DNA of 64,000 nucleotides from NCBI GenBank assembly GCA_020720115.1, contig DYPD01000001.1, forward strand, positions 3,044 through 67,043. The letters run 5' to 3'. Each line of letters begins with the position of its first letter. Position 1 is the first letter of the stretch. This document shows, piece after piece, positions 20,667 through 29,524 of the stretch. The notes under the pieces are model-generated. The model was not told where the DNA came from, did not search any database, and saw nothing but the letters and a program-made list of their open reading frames with translations. Position numbers and translations under genes: made by a program. This stretch comes from Thiomargarita sp. GTDB taxonomy: Bacteria > Pseudomonadota > Gammaproteobacteria > Beggiatoales > Beggiatoaceae.

Positions 20667-20676
20667 AGGCAGATTT

Positions 20677-21159
20677 TTACAGGTAACGCAAGACCTTAGC
20701 CGGATTACCCGCGACAATAGCATTCGGCGGCACATCTTTAGTCACCATACTCCCCGCTCCGACAATGGCGTTTTCACCCACAGTCACGCCCGCCAGCAGC
20801 GTCACACTAGAGCCGATAGAAGCGCCTTTTTTCACCACCGTTGGCAAACACTGCCAATCGGCTTCCGTTTGTAGCCCGCCATCGGCAGTGGTAGCGCGTG
20901 GAAACATATCATTGATAAAGGTGACGTTATGACCGATAAACACGTTATCTTCAATGGTCACGCCCTCGCAAATAAAGCTGTGGCTAGAGATTTTGCAGTT
21001 TTTGCCGATTTTTGCGCCTTTTTGGATTTCGACAAAAGTGCCCACCTTGCTGCCATCTCCTACCTCACAGCCATAAAGATTCGTAAAATCATAGACTTTA
21101 GTGCCTTCACCGAGTTTTACATCGGGGGCGATTTTGCGCAATACTGGAGCGTCGCTCAT
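20677..21159 (-). CDS. left-handed beta-helix (hexapeptide repeat) acyl/acetyltransferase
   Basis: 160 aa with repeated [LIV]G..x.I hexapeptide units ([56 protein letters not shown]). Confidence 0.8.
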   Translation of the reverse strand: MSDAPVLRKIAPDVKLGEGTKVYDFTNLYGCEVGDGSKVGTFVEIQKGAKIGKNCKISSHSFICEGVTIEDNVFIGHNVTFINDMFPRATTADGGLQTEADWQCLPTVVKKGASIGSSVTLLAGVTVGENAIVGAGSMVTKDVPPNAIVAGNPAKVLRYL

Positions 21160-21345
21160 ACAAATATTCTCCTTAAAAAGTGATGTGGAAATAGCCTGGT
21201 TTACCCAGCGTTGAATGACTGACCGAGATGAGTAGGCAGTTTCAAGTCGGCAGCAATGTTTATCAGTGGCAATTGTGCAAGCTGCTCGCCTAAGAGCGGT
21301 GCAACCTCATACCAAACGTGACTATTCCAGGCGTTGGTAGCCTAA

Positions 21346-24300
21346 TCAGAGACTTGCGGTGTTGCAGGTTAAGCTGTGGACCAGGCTGGCTTTGCCATTA
21401 CTGCCAGGCGCAATGCCTGCCTCTACTGGCGGCGTCACCTCAATGGTTAAAGTGCTGCTGAGAGGACTTTCAGTTGCAAATAAGCCAAAACTCAGGCTGC
21501 CAATGGGGGTTTGGGTGTCTGCTATTTCTACCTCGGAAGTGCCTATAATTTCACCTTTGGAGGCGCTGATGCTGATTTTAGTGCCGCTGACCAGAGGATT
21601 ACCGAATTTGTCTTGAATGCCTTTTAAGGTCAGTGGCGAACAGTTAGGCACGAATGCGGGAGGAAGCTTGTTGAGCGGTGTGCTGGAATCAATAGAGGCG
21701 TAAAGCTGCAAAGCATCGGTTTGCGTTTCGGCAGAAAACAATACGTTTATACTCGCCCAGATGGTAGTGTTTTCCTGAAATTGACCATCTGCTTTATCAA
21801 AAAAGCCATTACCATTCACGTCAATATAGAGTTCTCCGTCTTCATGGTCTCCAGAATCATTGGCATCAATATAGGGTTCGCTTAAATCAACCAGGAGTTT
21901 GTCGCCGGCATCGTAATATCCATTGCCGTTCATATCTTCAAAGCTTTCACTGCCACTGGTATAAGCAACGATGCGGTTTAAGCCGAGATTACCTGTTGGA
22001 GAAATACCGCCTAAATCGGGCGTGGTGGGGGCTGCTGATTGTAAAATAGCTGTTGCTTGCCCCAATGTTGTGGTGCTGGAAAAAGCCCCAGAACCAACAC
22101 TTGTGCCAATAGTGCCGCCTTCGCTGATAAAATTCACTACAGTGCCATCAGTCACTATGTTGCCGAAGCGATCCCCGACATAGGCGGTTATCAGGTCTTG
22201 CAGTCCAAAATGTACGCCGCCAGCGATGTTTAGGTATTGAGCGGCTAAACCCAAATGCCGAGCGTCTGGTACGCCACCAGCGATGCTCACTCGTGCCAAG
22301 GTGCTGATATTGGCGCTACGCACAGTAGCCACTACGTCTACCACACCCGCCACGCGCCCGCTGAGCAATACCGCTTTAACCTGTCCATTCAGGGTGGTCG
22401 CACAGGCGGTAATGGTTTGGTTGCCAATGTTGCTGCCGCAGTTTTGCATGGCACTGGAGAGACTTTCGCCGCCGCCCAAGCGGGTGTTACCCAGGGTAAA
22501 GTCTACGTTTTGGTTATTTACCAAATTACCCAGGTTATCTTTCACCACAAAGGTTAAGGTAGCAGATTGTGGATTGCTACTGCCCTGAATGCCGATCACT
22601 TTGGGCGTTACTTCAAGTACCTCAATAGTGCCTATGCCGCTAGGCTGCACTGTTAAAGATAAAAAAGCACTAATGGGATTGTTATCCGCGCCTGTAACAG
22701 TAGCGGTAATGGTGCTAATGCCCGCTGTCGTCAAAGCACTGAAAATCACTTGCGCCTGTCCATTGGCGTCTGTTACCGCCGAAGGTTCAATGCGACCTGC
22801 GCCAGCAGTGCTAAAGTCAATTTTTGCGTTAGATACTGGGTTGTCTAATTCATCCAGCACGGTCGCAGTGATAGTATCGTTGCCAGTCAGACTCAGCGGA
22901 CGCGGCAAGGTTGAAGAGCGTAGATTGATCTTTGTAGGAATGCCAGACGAGGTAAAGCGCACTGTGACCGCGTTAGAATTAAGATCGCCAGTGCTGGCGC
23001 TGATAGCGGCTTCACCTGCCTGGCGAGCAATCAGCCCTAGTTCGCCGCGCCCCTGTGCATCAGTCACTACTTGAAAGGCGTCTAACATAGCACTGCCACT
23101 GACTAAGCGAAAATTTACCGTCTGTCCAGCTATGCCTGCGCCCTTGCTGTCACGCAAATTGACATTTAAGCGCACCGCTGTTTTGCCATCGGCAATGCCC
23201 GTGTTGTTGCTGGCATCAAGAGTGAGTTGCGCACCAAAGTAGAGGGTAAATTGCTGAGAGGCATTGCCAGCACGGATTTCAACTTTAACATTTGCTTGCG
23301 TAGTGGCGCTGATCAGCACATCCACCAGCCCATTCTCATCAGTGGTTTTGGTCTGCAATAGTTGGTTGTCTCGATAAAAACTGACCGGAAAGCGACTGAC
23401 CGGAAAACCCTCTTTAGAAAAAATCCGCGCTTGTGCTTTGGCATTGCCGCTTGCCAAGACCTGAGGCGTAACAGTGGCTTCCATTTGGCGATTTTCGCCC
23501 AAACTGGCAAAAAACTGGACGGTTGCTTCGTCGCTTAACTCCCCACTATGCGCTTGCACTATGACAGCACCGCCATTACTGCTGAGGTCTGAAACCTTGA
23601 CTTTGGCTGTGCCGTCGTTGCCAGTGACTGCTTGTGCAGGGTTGAGTGTGGCATTCTCACCCACCAGGGTAAAGCTTATTTTTTCCCCGACAACCAAAGC
23701 ATTGTTGGCGTCTTTTAAGATTGCCGTCAACTCGGCGCTGGCGTTGGCATTAAGGTTATCCGGTGACAGCGCCAATTTGCCACCAAAGTAAAAGTGCAAA
23801 ACTCGGTTAATGCCGCCGCTGGTGATGGTTAGAGTAACGTTTTCTGCTTGCGTATGGGTTAAACGAAACACCGCTTGCCCGTTACTGTCGGTGGTGGTGG
23901 GCACTTCTAATAACTGTGCGCCATTGGAGGCGCTGGCACTAAAGGGGGTATTCGGTAATAAATCACCTTGCGCATTCTGATTACTGCTCTCTTTCTTGCG
24001 AAGCGCCACCTGTACATTGGCTACACCGCCCGGATTTAGAAAGGTTTTATCTGCGCTGAGTTCGATTTCATCTACATTAATGTTGCTGGTATTAGCCGTC
24101 GGCGTCTTGAACTCGATCCGCGCTTCGCGCCTTGGTAATGTGCCCGCTTGCACACCAATTAAGCTGGTTTCTACGTTGCGGTTGCGTACATTAAGGCTGA
24201 CTTGCCCGTTGGTGCTGGTCTGGGCGGTGAAAAATTCGAGTTCTGCATTGCCAGCTAGACTAAAAAACTGTATGGATTCGCCGACGATGGCGCTGCCTTG

Positions 24301-25080
24301 CGCATCTAGCAGGCGTGCGACTAGCTGCGTGGCGGTAGTGCCGTCGGCTGAGCCGGTGCTGTCGGCGGGCAGTAACGTTAGGTTTGCGCCAAAATGCAGT
24401 ACCAGGCTACGTTGCAGAGTACCGGCACTGATGTCTAGTTGCGCATTTTCCGGCGCAACACCGATGATTTTTACCAGCGCCCGCCCGCTGCTGTCGGTGG
24501 TGGCACTGCTGCGGTCTAAAATGGCTTGCCCTTTGAGGCTGAAATTGAGGCTTTGCCCGACCAGCGGCACGCCTGCGTTATCTTGCAAGCGCACCTCGAT
24601 TTGCGCTTGATCGGTGGCTTGCAGCACTGTTGCCGAGGGCGTTACCAGTAGGTTTTGCTGGGTGTTGTTGTTAGCAAGAAAATTCACTTGGGCGTGGGCG
24701 GTTAGGGCTTCGTATTGCGCCTGCACGGTGACAGTGCCGCCGTCGTTGCCCAGGTCTTTTACCGTAACCTTGGCGGTGCCTTCGCTGTCGGTAACGGCGC
24801 TGCTGGGCGTGAGGGTTTCTGCATTGCCTGCGGTGAAATTGAACTGAATGCTTTTGCCAGCGAGTGGCGCATTGTTTTTATCTTTGAGCAGCGCAGTCAG
24901 CACTATGGAGCCGCTGGCATTGCTGCTTGCTGGCAGGAGCGCCAAGGTTGCGCCTTCGGTTGCTGTGGCTGTGGTGCTGGTGCTGCCGCTTCCGCCGCCT
25001 AAGCAACCAGTGAGGAAAAAGCCTAGGAATAACCACAGGAGATAATGTTTGTTGCTACAATGCAGCTTTTGGGTTGTCAT
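21346..25080 (-). CDS. giant surface lipoprotein with about 9-10 bacterial Ig-like (Big_1/invasin-type) repeats and a C-terminal Ca-binding-like region
   Basis: Lipobox FFLTGCLGGGSG. Recurring ~90-aa units end in ..TD..G.A.V.V (AVTDSEGTAKVTV, ATTDSSGRALVKI, TTTDSNGQAVFRL, AVTGNDGTAKVKV, VVTDAQGRGELGL, AVTDANGQAQVIF). D-x-N-G-N-G-x-x-D motifs (DMNGNGYYDAGD, DVNGNGFFDKADG). Confidence 0.8.
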   Translation of the reverse strand: MTTQKLHCSNKHYLLWLFLGFFLTGCLGGGSGSTSTTATATEGATLALLPASSNASGSIVLTALLKDKNNAPLAGKSIQFNFTAGNAETLTPSSAVTDSEGTAKVTVKDLGNDGGTVTVQAQYEALTAHAQVNFLANNNTQQNLLVTPSATVLQATDQAQIEVRLQDNAGVPLVGQSLNFSLKGQAILDRSSATTDSSGRALVKIIGVAPENAQLDISAGTLQRSLVLHFGANLTLLPADSTGSADGTTATQLVARLLDAQGSAIVGESIQFFSLAGNAELEFFTAQTSTNGQVSLNVRNRNVETSLIGVQAGTLPRREARIEFKTPTANTSNINVDEIELSADKTFLNPGGVANVQVALRKKESSNQNAQGDLLPNTPFSASASNGAQLLEVPTTTDSNGQAVFRLTHTQAENVTLTITSGGINRVLHFYFGGKLALSPDNLNANASAELTAILKDANNALVVGEKISFTLVGENATLNPAQAVTGNDGTAKVKVSDLSSNGGAVIVQAHSGELSDEATVQFFASLGENRQMEATVTPQVLASGNAKAQARIFSKEGFPVSRFPVSFYRDNQLLQTKTTDENGLVDVLISATTQANVKVEIRAGNASQQFTLYFGAQLTLDASNNTGIADGKTAVRLNVNLRDSKGAGIAGQTVNFRLVSGSAMLDAFQVVTDAQGRGELGLIARQAGEAAISASTGDLNSNAVTVRFTSSGIPTKINLRSSTLPRPLSLTGNDTITATVLDELDNPVSNAKIDFSTAGAGRIEPSAVTDANGQAQVIFSALTTAGISTITATVTGADNNPISAFLSLTVQPSGIGTIEVLEVTPKVIGIQGSSNPQSATLTFVVKDNLGNLVNNQNVDFTLGNTRLGGGESLSSAMQNCGSNIGNQTITACATTLNGQVKAVLLSGRVAGVVDVVATVRSANISTLARVSIAGGVPDARHLGLAAQYLNIAGGVHFGLQDLITAYVGDRFGNIVTDGTVVNFISEGGTIGTSVGSGAFSSTTTLGQATAILQSAAPTTPDLGGISPTGNLGLNRIVAYTSGSESFEDMNGNGYYDAGDKLLVDLSEPYIDANDSGDHEDGELYIDVNGNGFFDKADGQFQENTTIWASINVLFSAETQTDALQLYASIDSSTPLNKLPPAFVPNCSPLTLKGIQDKFGNPLVSGTKISISASKGEIIGTSEVEIADTQTPIGSLSFGLFATESPLSSTLTIEVTPPVEAGIAPGSNGKASLVHSLTCNTASL

Positions 25081-25188
25081 GTTGAATACTCAGCAGGTGA
25101 TGGCACGATTTTTCTGATTATCTCTTACTCCAGAGGCTTAATACAAATCCATAAGCTTTTAAGCCCGGTTTCATGTTTTAGCACACTT

Positions 25189-26970
25189 ATGCCAAAAATT
25201 TTTGACTGTTCTTTGATGCGGTGTAAATCGCTGGTGGGCTATGTTTGGGTTGCTTTGCTACTGCTGCTCAATGCCTGTGCGCCACAACCGCCACAGCCGT
25301 CGCCTGGGCATTTGCATAGCCAGCCTCCCGCAGCGCCTACTGACGCCGAAACCACTGCGGCGATTCCACCAGTGGTTACGCAAGCGCCGTTTTTGCCGCC
25401 GCCCGCGCCCGTTGAGGAAGAAGAACGCTATACGGTGGTGGTGGAAAATATTCCCTTGCAGAGTTTTTTGTTTGCCTTAGCGCGAGATGCGCGGCGCAAT
25501 ATAGAAATTGCCCCAGGCTTAAAAGGCTTTGTCACCATGAATGCGCTAGATCAAAGTCTGGAGCAAATTCTGGATCGGGTCGTGCGGCAAAGCGAAGAGT
25601 TGCGCTATGACATTGTAAATGGAGACATTATCGTCAGCCGCGATATGCCCTATGTGCATACCTATACCGTAGATTATGTCAACCTGAGCCGGCAAAGTGA
25701 TAGTAGCGTGAGTGTTTCAACCCAGGTAGTGACTGGCTCGGTAGGCGATCAACAGAGTGCGGGCGCTTCATCAGACAGCAATAACTCTACTTCTTCTATC
25801 AAAAATATGAGTACGCATCAATTCTGGGACAGTTTGGTGGAAAACATTCGCACCATTTTGCGCACTCAAGTGACAGTAACGGAAAAACTCAAAAGCGATG
25901 CCCAAGTAGGTGAGGAAACGCCGGCTAATCGCGTAGAAGAACGTACTGTAACAAGTGAACAAAACGTCATGGTCAATAAAGAAGGTGGCTTGATTACAGT
26001 TCGTGCAACTAAAAGGCAACATGCTGAAATTCGAAACTTTCTTACCCTGGTCTTGGAAAGTGTGCAACGTCAGGTGTTGATTGAAGCAACCATAGTGGAA
26101 GTGCAACTGAGCGATCAATATCAAGCGGGGATTGATTGGAAGCGGCTGGATGGGGATTTTTCTTATGAACAAACCACTACGAGCGGCAGTGCTTTTGGTA
26201 ACGCGCCCCCTGCCTATGTGTTTCGCTACGCCAATCCCTTGAGTGCAATTGGCGACATCGCCGCCGCCTTAAAAATGCTTGAGCACTATGGCAACACTAA
26301 AGTCCTTTCTAGCCCCAAAATCATGGCGTTAAATAACCAAACCGCAGTGCTCAAAGCAGTGGATAACCGTGTTTATTTCAGTGTCAACATTGAAGAGCGG
26401 GAAGCCACACAAAACTCGGCGGCGCGTACTCGTTTCGACACGCAAATACATACAGTGCCAGAAGGACTGATCATGAGCATTACGCCGCAAATCAGCGACA
26501 AAGACGAAGTGATTTTGAATGTGAGACCCACAGTGTCGCGCATTATTGATTATGTGCGAGACCCTAGTTTGGCTCTAGCGACCCGCAATACGCCAGGGCT
26601 TAATATTCCTAACAGCCTTATCCCCGTCGTGCAAGTGCGTGAAATGGAGTCCTTGTTGCGCATCAACAGCGGTGATGTCGCCATTATTGGTGGTTTAATG
26701 CAGGATTCCGCAGTACAGGGTAAAGACGGTGTGCCGGTGCTGTCGCGCTTACCCATTGTCGGGGATGCCTTCAGCTACCGAGATGACAAATACGTCAAAA
26801 CCGAATTGGTGATTTTCTTGCGTCCGTTGGTAATTAAACGCGCCAGCGTTGAAGGCGGAGATTTGCAGGATTTCCGCCGTTATTTAAGCAATCCAGAGCA
26901 TCCTGATCGCAGCCCGCCAACCGGATTACCCTTAAACCCTGGCAACTGGTATCCAGGCTCTGCCAATTAA
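25189..26970 (+). CDS. lipoprotein secretin, MshL/GspD-like
   Basis: Lipobox LLLLNAC after ATG 25189 (or 25216). Secretin core LSSPKIMALNNQTAVLKAVDN and GVPVLSRLPIVGDAFSYRDDKYVKTELVIFLRPLVI. Confidence 0.8.
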   Translation: MPKIFDCSLMRCKSLVGYVWVALLLLLNACAPQPPQPSPGHLHSQPPAAPTDAETTAAIPPVVTQAPFLPPPAPVEEEERYTVVVENIPLQSFLFALARDARRNIEIAPGLKGFVTMNALDQSLEQILDRVVRQSEELRYDIVNGDIIVSRDMPYVHTYTVDYVNLSRQSDSSVSVSTQVVTGSVGDQQSAGASSDSNNSTSSIKNMSTHQFWDSLVENIRTILRTQVTVTEKLKSDAQVGEETPANRVEERTVTSEQNVMVNKEGGLITVRATKRQHAEIRNFLTLVLESVQRQVLIEATIVEVQLSDQYQAGIDWKRLDGDFSYEQTTTSGSAFGNAPPAYVFRYANPLSAIGDIAAALKMLEHYGNTKVLSSPKIMALNNQTAVLKAVDNRVYFSVNIEEREATQNSAARTRFDTQIHTVPEGLIMSITPQISDKDEVILNVRPTVSRIIDYVRDPSLALATRNTPGLNIPNSLIPVVQVREMESLLRINSGDVAIIGGLMQDSAVQGKDGVPVLSRLPIVGDAFSYRDDKYVKTELVIFLRPLVIKRASVEGGDLQDFRRYLSNPEHPDRSPPTGLPLNPGNWYPGSAN

Positions 26971-27265
26971 AGCGGGTGAAAGAAGCCTGTATGTGTCACA
27001 TTGTTTTCATACTTTTTTGTCAACATAGCCCGCGCTTGAATACCTTAAGTTCATCTGGGGCTTGCGGATTGCCAACATTTCCCTATCGGATTGCGACCCG
27101 TAAGTGCTTAACCGGATTCCCGTTGGTCTTGGGGTATGGGCGCTCCTGGCTCTTAATTGAGCGTTGTTTCAGCCGGTGCAACTGTTTTTCTAGTAATCTT
27201 GTACTCTATTACGGAGTCTCCCCCCTTTTTTTGCACCGGCTTTCTTTTTTTCTTAATCTCTGCGT

Positions 27266-28162
27266 GTGTTTGCTTTACCTTCCCCTATTCAAGCAGTTGT
27301 TTTCCGCGATCAGCCAGTGTTCGTCAAACGCGACGATCTGCTGCACCCCTGGCTTAATGGCAATAAGGCAAGAAAACTTCAGGCTTATTTGCAACACGAT
27401 TTTCCTGGTGTGGATACGCTGGTGTCTTATGGCGGTAACCAATCCAATGCGATGCTGGCATTAGCGGGTTTGGCGCGGTTGCGCGGCTGGCGTTTTCTCT
27501 ACTACGGCAAACCCTTGCCGCGTACTTTACAAACCCACCCCAGCGGCAACTTGCAAGCGGCTTTAGCCCAGGGCATGACCTACATTGCTGTGCAAACATT
27601 TGACTTTACAAACTTTCCAGGCAATGTGCTGTATGTTCCCCAAGGTGGTGCAAGCCGTTGGGCAGAACCAGGTATTGCTGTTTTAGCGCAGGAAATTCAA
27701 GAGTTTGCGCGTTTAATGCGGCTTGCAGAGTTAGGCGTGATTGTCGCTTCTGGTACTGGCACAACGGCTTTTTTTCTGCATAGGCACCTAAAAGCCAGCG
27801 GCATTCACGTTTTTACCGTTCCTTGTGTCGGCGATAGCGCCTATTTGCGCCAACAATTTAGCCAATTAGCAGAAACTTCCGGTGAGCATCCCAAGCAAGC
27901 CGCTTATCCGCACCTTTTAGAATCTGAAAAAACCTATCATTTCGGGCACTTGTATGCAGAATTTTGGCATCTCTGGCAAGCTCTGAAAGCCCAAACCGGC
28001 ATTGAATTTGACCTGCTCTACGATCCCCTTGCCTGGCAAGTGCTTTTGCAGCAACGCCATATTTTGCCCGCTCATCTGCTGTATTTACACTGCGGCGGCA
28101 TCAGTGGCAACGAATCCATGCTGAAACGCTATGCACGTTTTTGTACAATGCTCTCATCTTGA
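27266..28162 (+). CDS. PLP-dependent ACC deaminase / D-cysteine desulfhydrase family protein
   Basis: GTG start. SPIQAVVFRDQPVFVKRDDLLHPWLNGNKARKL is the family N-terminal signature containing the PLP lysine. Confidence 0.8.
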   Translation: MFALPSPIQAVVFRDQPVFVKRDDLLHPWLNGNKARKLQAYLQHDFPGVDTLVSYGGNQSNAMLALAGLARLRGWRFLYYGKPLPRTLQTHPSGNLQAALAQGMTYIAVQTFDFTNFPGNVLYVPQGGASRWAEPGIAVLAQEIQEFARLMRLAELGVIVASGTGTTAFFLHRHLKASGIHVFTVPCVGDSAYLRQQFSQLAETSGEHPKQAAYPHLLESEKTYHFGHLYAEFWHLWQALKAQTGIEFDLLYDPLAWQVLLQQRHILPAHLLYLHCGGISGNESMLKRYARFCTMLSS

Positions 28163-28195
28163 ACTGTATTGACTGACACTACCAGAGGAATACCC

Positions 28196-29434
28196 ATGTC
28201 ATTAATTCGCGCTTTTGCTGCTTTACGCCCGCAACCAGACTACACAGCAGCGGTGGTTGCGCCGCCCTATGATGTGCTCAATACCGAAGAAGCCTGTCAG
28301 CGGGTAGATGGGCGTCCGTGGAGCTTCCTGCACATCTCCCGTCCAGAAATTGACCTGCCGCCCGGCACCGATCCCTACTGTGCCGCCGTTTACGAAAAAG
28401 CCGCGGAAAATCTGCAAAACATGCGCAACAACAGCATCTTGCGACAAGATGAGCAAGCCTACTACTACCTTTACGAACTCATCATGGGCGAACACCGCCA
28501 AACCGGTTTAGTCGCCGTCGCCTCCGTCAGCGATTACGATAGCAACCGCATCCGCAAACACGAATTTACCCGCCCAGACAAAGAAGACGACCGCGTGCGC
28601 CAAATTGACAGCCTTAATGCGCAAACCGGACCTGTGCTCCTGACCTACCGCCAAGACGCAGGCATCCAAAGCCTCATAGATCGCATCACCGCTGCCACGC
28701 CGTTGGTCAACGTCACCGCCGACGACGGCATAGTGCATCGTCTGTGGTTGGTCAGTGCCCAAAGCGACATCGAAAAAATCACCGAAACCTTTGACGCCAT
28801 GCCTAACCTTTACATCGCCGACGGGCATCATCGCTCCGCCGCCGCCTCGCGGGTCGCCGCTAAACGCCGCACCAGTAACCCCAACCACAGTGGCGAAGAA
28901 GCTTATAACTACTTTTTGGTCGTCATGTTTCCCGACACCCGCATGAAAATCCTCGACTACAACCGTGTCATCAAAGACCTTAACGGACTGAGCCAAGACG
29001 AATTTCTGCGCCAAATCGCCGAAAATTTCAGCGTCACCCAGGTTGACGGACAATACAAACCCACGCAACGCGGCACCTTTGGCATGTATCTCGACGGCAA
29101 CTGGTATCAACTTGCCATCAACCCCGACAAAGTATCCAACGAAGACCCAGTTGCCGCCCTTGATGTCAGCCTACTCAGTGACAACCTGATTTCACCGATA
29201 CTTGGCATCAGCGACCCGCGCCGCGACAAACGCATAGACTTCGTGGGCGGCATTCGCGGCTTGAAAGGCTTAGAAAAGCGCGTCAACAGCGGCGAAATGG
29301 CAGTGGCTTTTGCGCTTTACCCGACTAGCATTGAAGAACTCATGGCAGTCGCCAACGCCGGACAGGTGATGCCGCCCAAATCCACCTGGTTTGAACCCAA
29401 ACTCGCCGACGGCTTAGTCTCGCACCTGCTCTAA
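28196..29434 (+). CDS. DUF1015 domain protein
   Basis: MSLIRAFAALRPQPDYTAAVVAPPYDVLNTEEA and YIADGHHR motifs. GAGG lies upstream of ATG 28196. Confidence 0.8.
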   Translation: MSLIRAFAALRPQPDYTAAVVAPPYDVLNTEEACQRVDGRPWSFLHISRPEIDLPPGTDPYCAAVYEKAAENLQNMRNNSILRQDEQAYYYLYELIMGEHRQTGLVAVASVSDYDSNRIRKHEFTRPDKEDDRVRQIDSLNAQTGPVLLTYRQDAGIQSLIDRITAATPLVNVTADDGIVHRLWLVSAQSDIEKITETFDAMPNLYIADGHHRSAAASRVAAKRRTSNPNHSGEEAYNYFLVVMFPDTRMKILDYNRVIKDLNGLSQDEFLRQIAENFSVTQVDGQYKPTQRGTFGMYLDGNWYQLAINPDKVSNEDPVAALDVSLLSDNLISPILGISDPRRDKRIDFVGGIRGLKGLEKRVNSGEMAVAFALYPTSIEELMAVANAGQVMPPKSTWFEPKLADGLVSHLL

Positions 29435-29470
29435 CGGCAATGGGCGCAAGGTTTTTTGCAACCGCCCCAC

Positions 29471-29506
29471 AAAAAAACGCCAGGGTAGATGCCCTGGCGT
29501 TTTTTT
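29471..29506. terminator. bidirectional rho-independent terminator (DUF1015 gene / infB)
   Basis: aaaaaaACGCCAGGGtagatgCCCTGGCGTtttttt. A 9-bp GC-rich stem with an A-run and a T-run, between convergent genes. Confidence 0.85.
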
Positions 29507-29524
29507 ATGTGGATAAGTGATTGA

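Noticed and set aside
21359-25045. Multiple plus-strand ORFs of 65-204 aa (for example 23996..24610 and 22589..23074)
   Set aside because: All lie antisense within the Big_1 repeat gene. Their repetitive Ala/Ser/Thr/Val-rich mirror translations reflect the coding repeats on the other strand.
21346-25080. Checked the periodic repeats here, and in 50611-52500, for a possible CRISPR array
   Set aside because: The periodicity is about 270-300 bp (Ig-like domains) or about 120-130 bp (WD40 blades). It lies inside long open frames with divergent copies. There is no short identical repeat and spacer architecture anywhere in the window.
26976-27464. 162-aa and 66-aa ORFs in the secretin / ACC-deaminase-like spacer
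   Set aside because: The translation is Cys/Phe/Leu-rich. The ORF overlaps the well-supported GTG start region of the PLP enzyme, and I see no RBS. The 11-bp inverted repeat AGCCGGTGCAA / TTGCACCGGCT (27171-27181 and 27231-27241) in the spacer is real. It has a 49-nt loop and I could not assign it a function.
28508-29110. 200-aa minus-strand ORF
   Set aside because: Antisense within the DUF1015 gene. It has a Gly/Val/Asp-rich mirror composition and no motifs.
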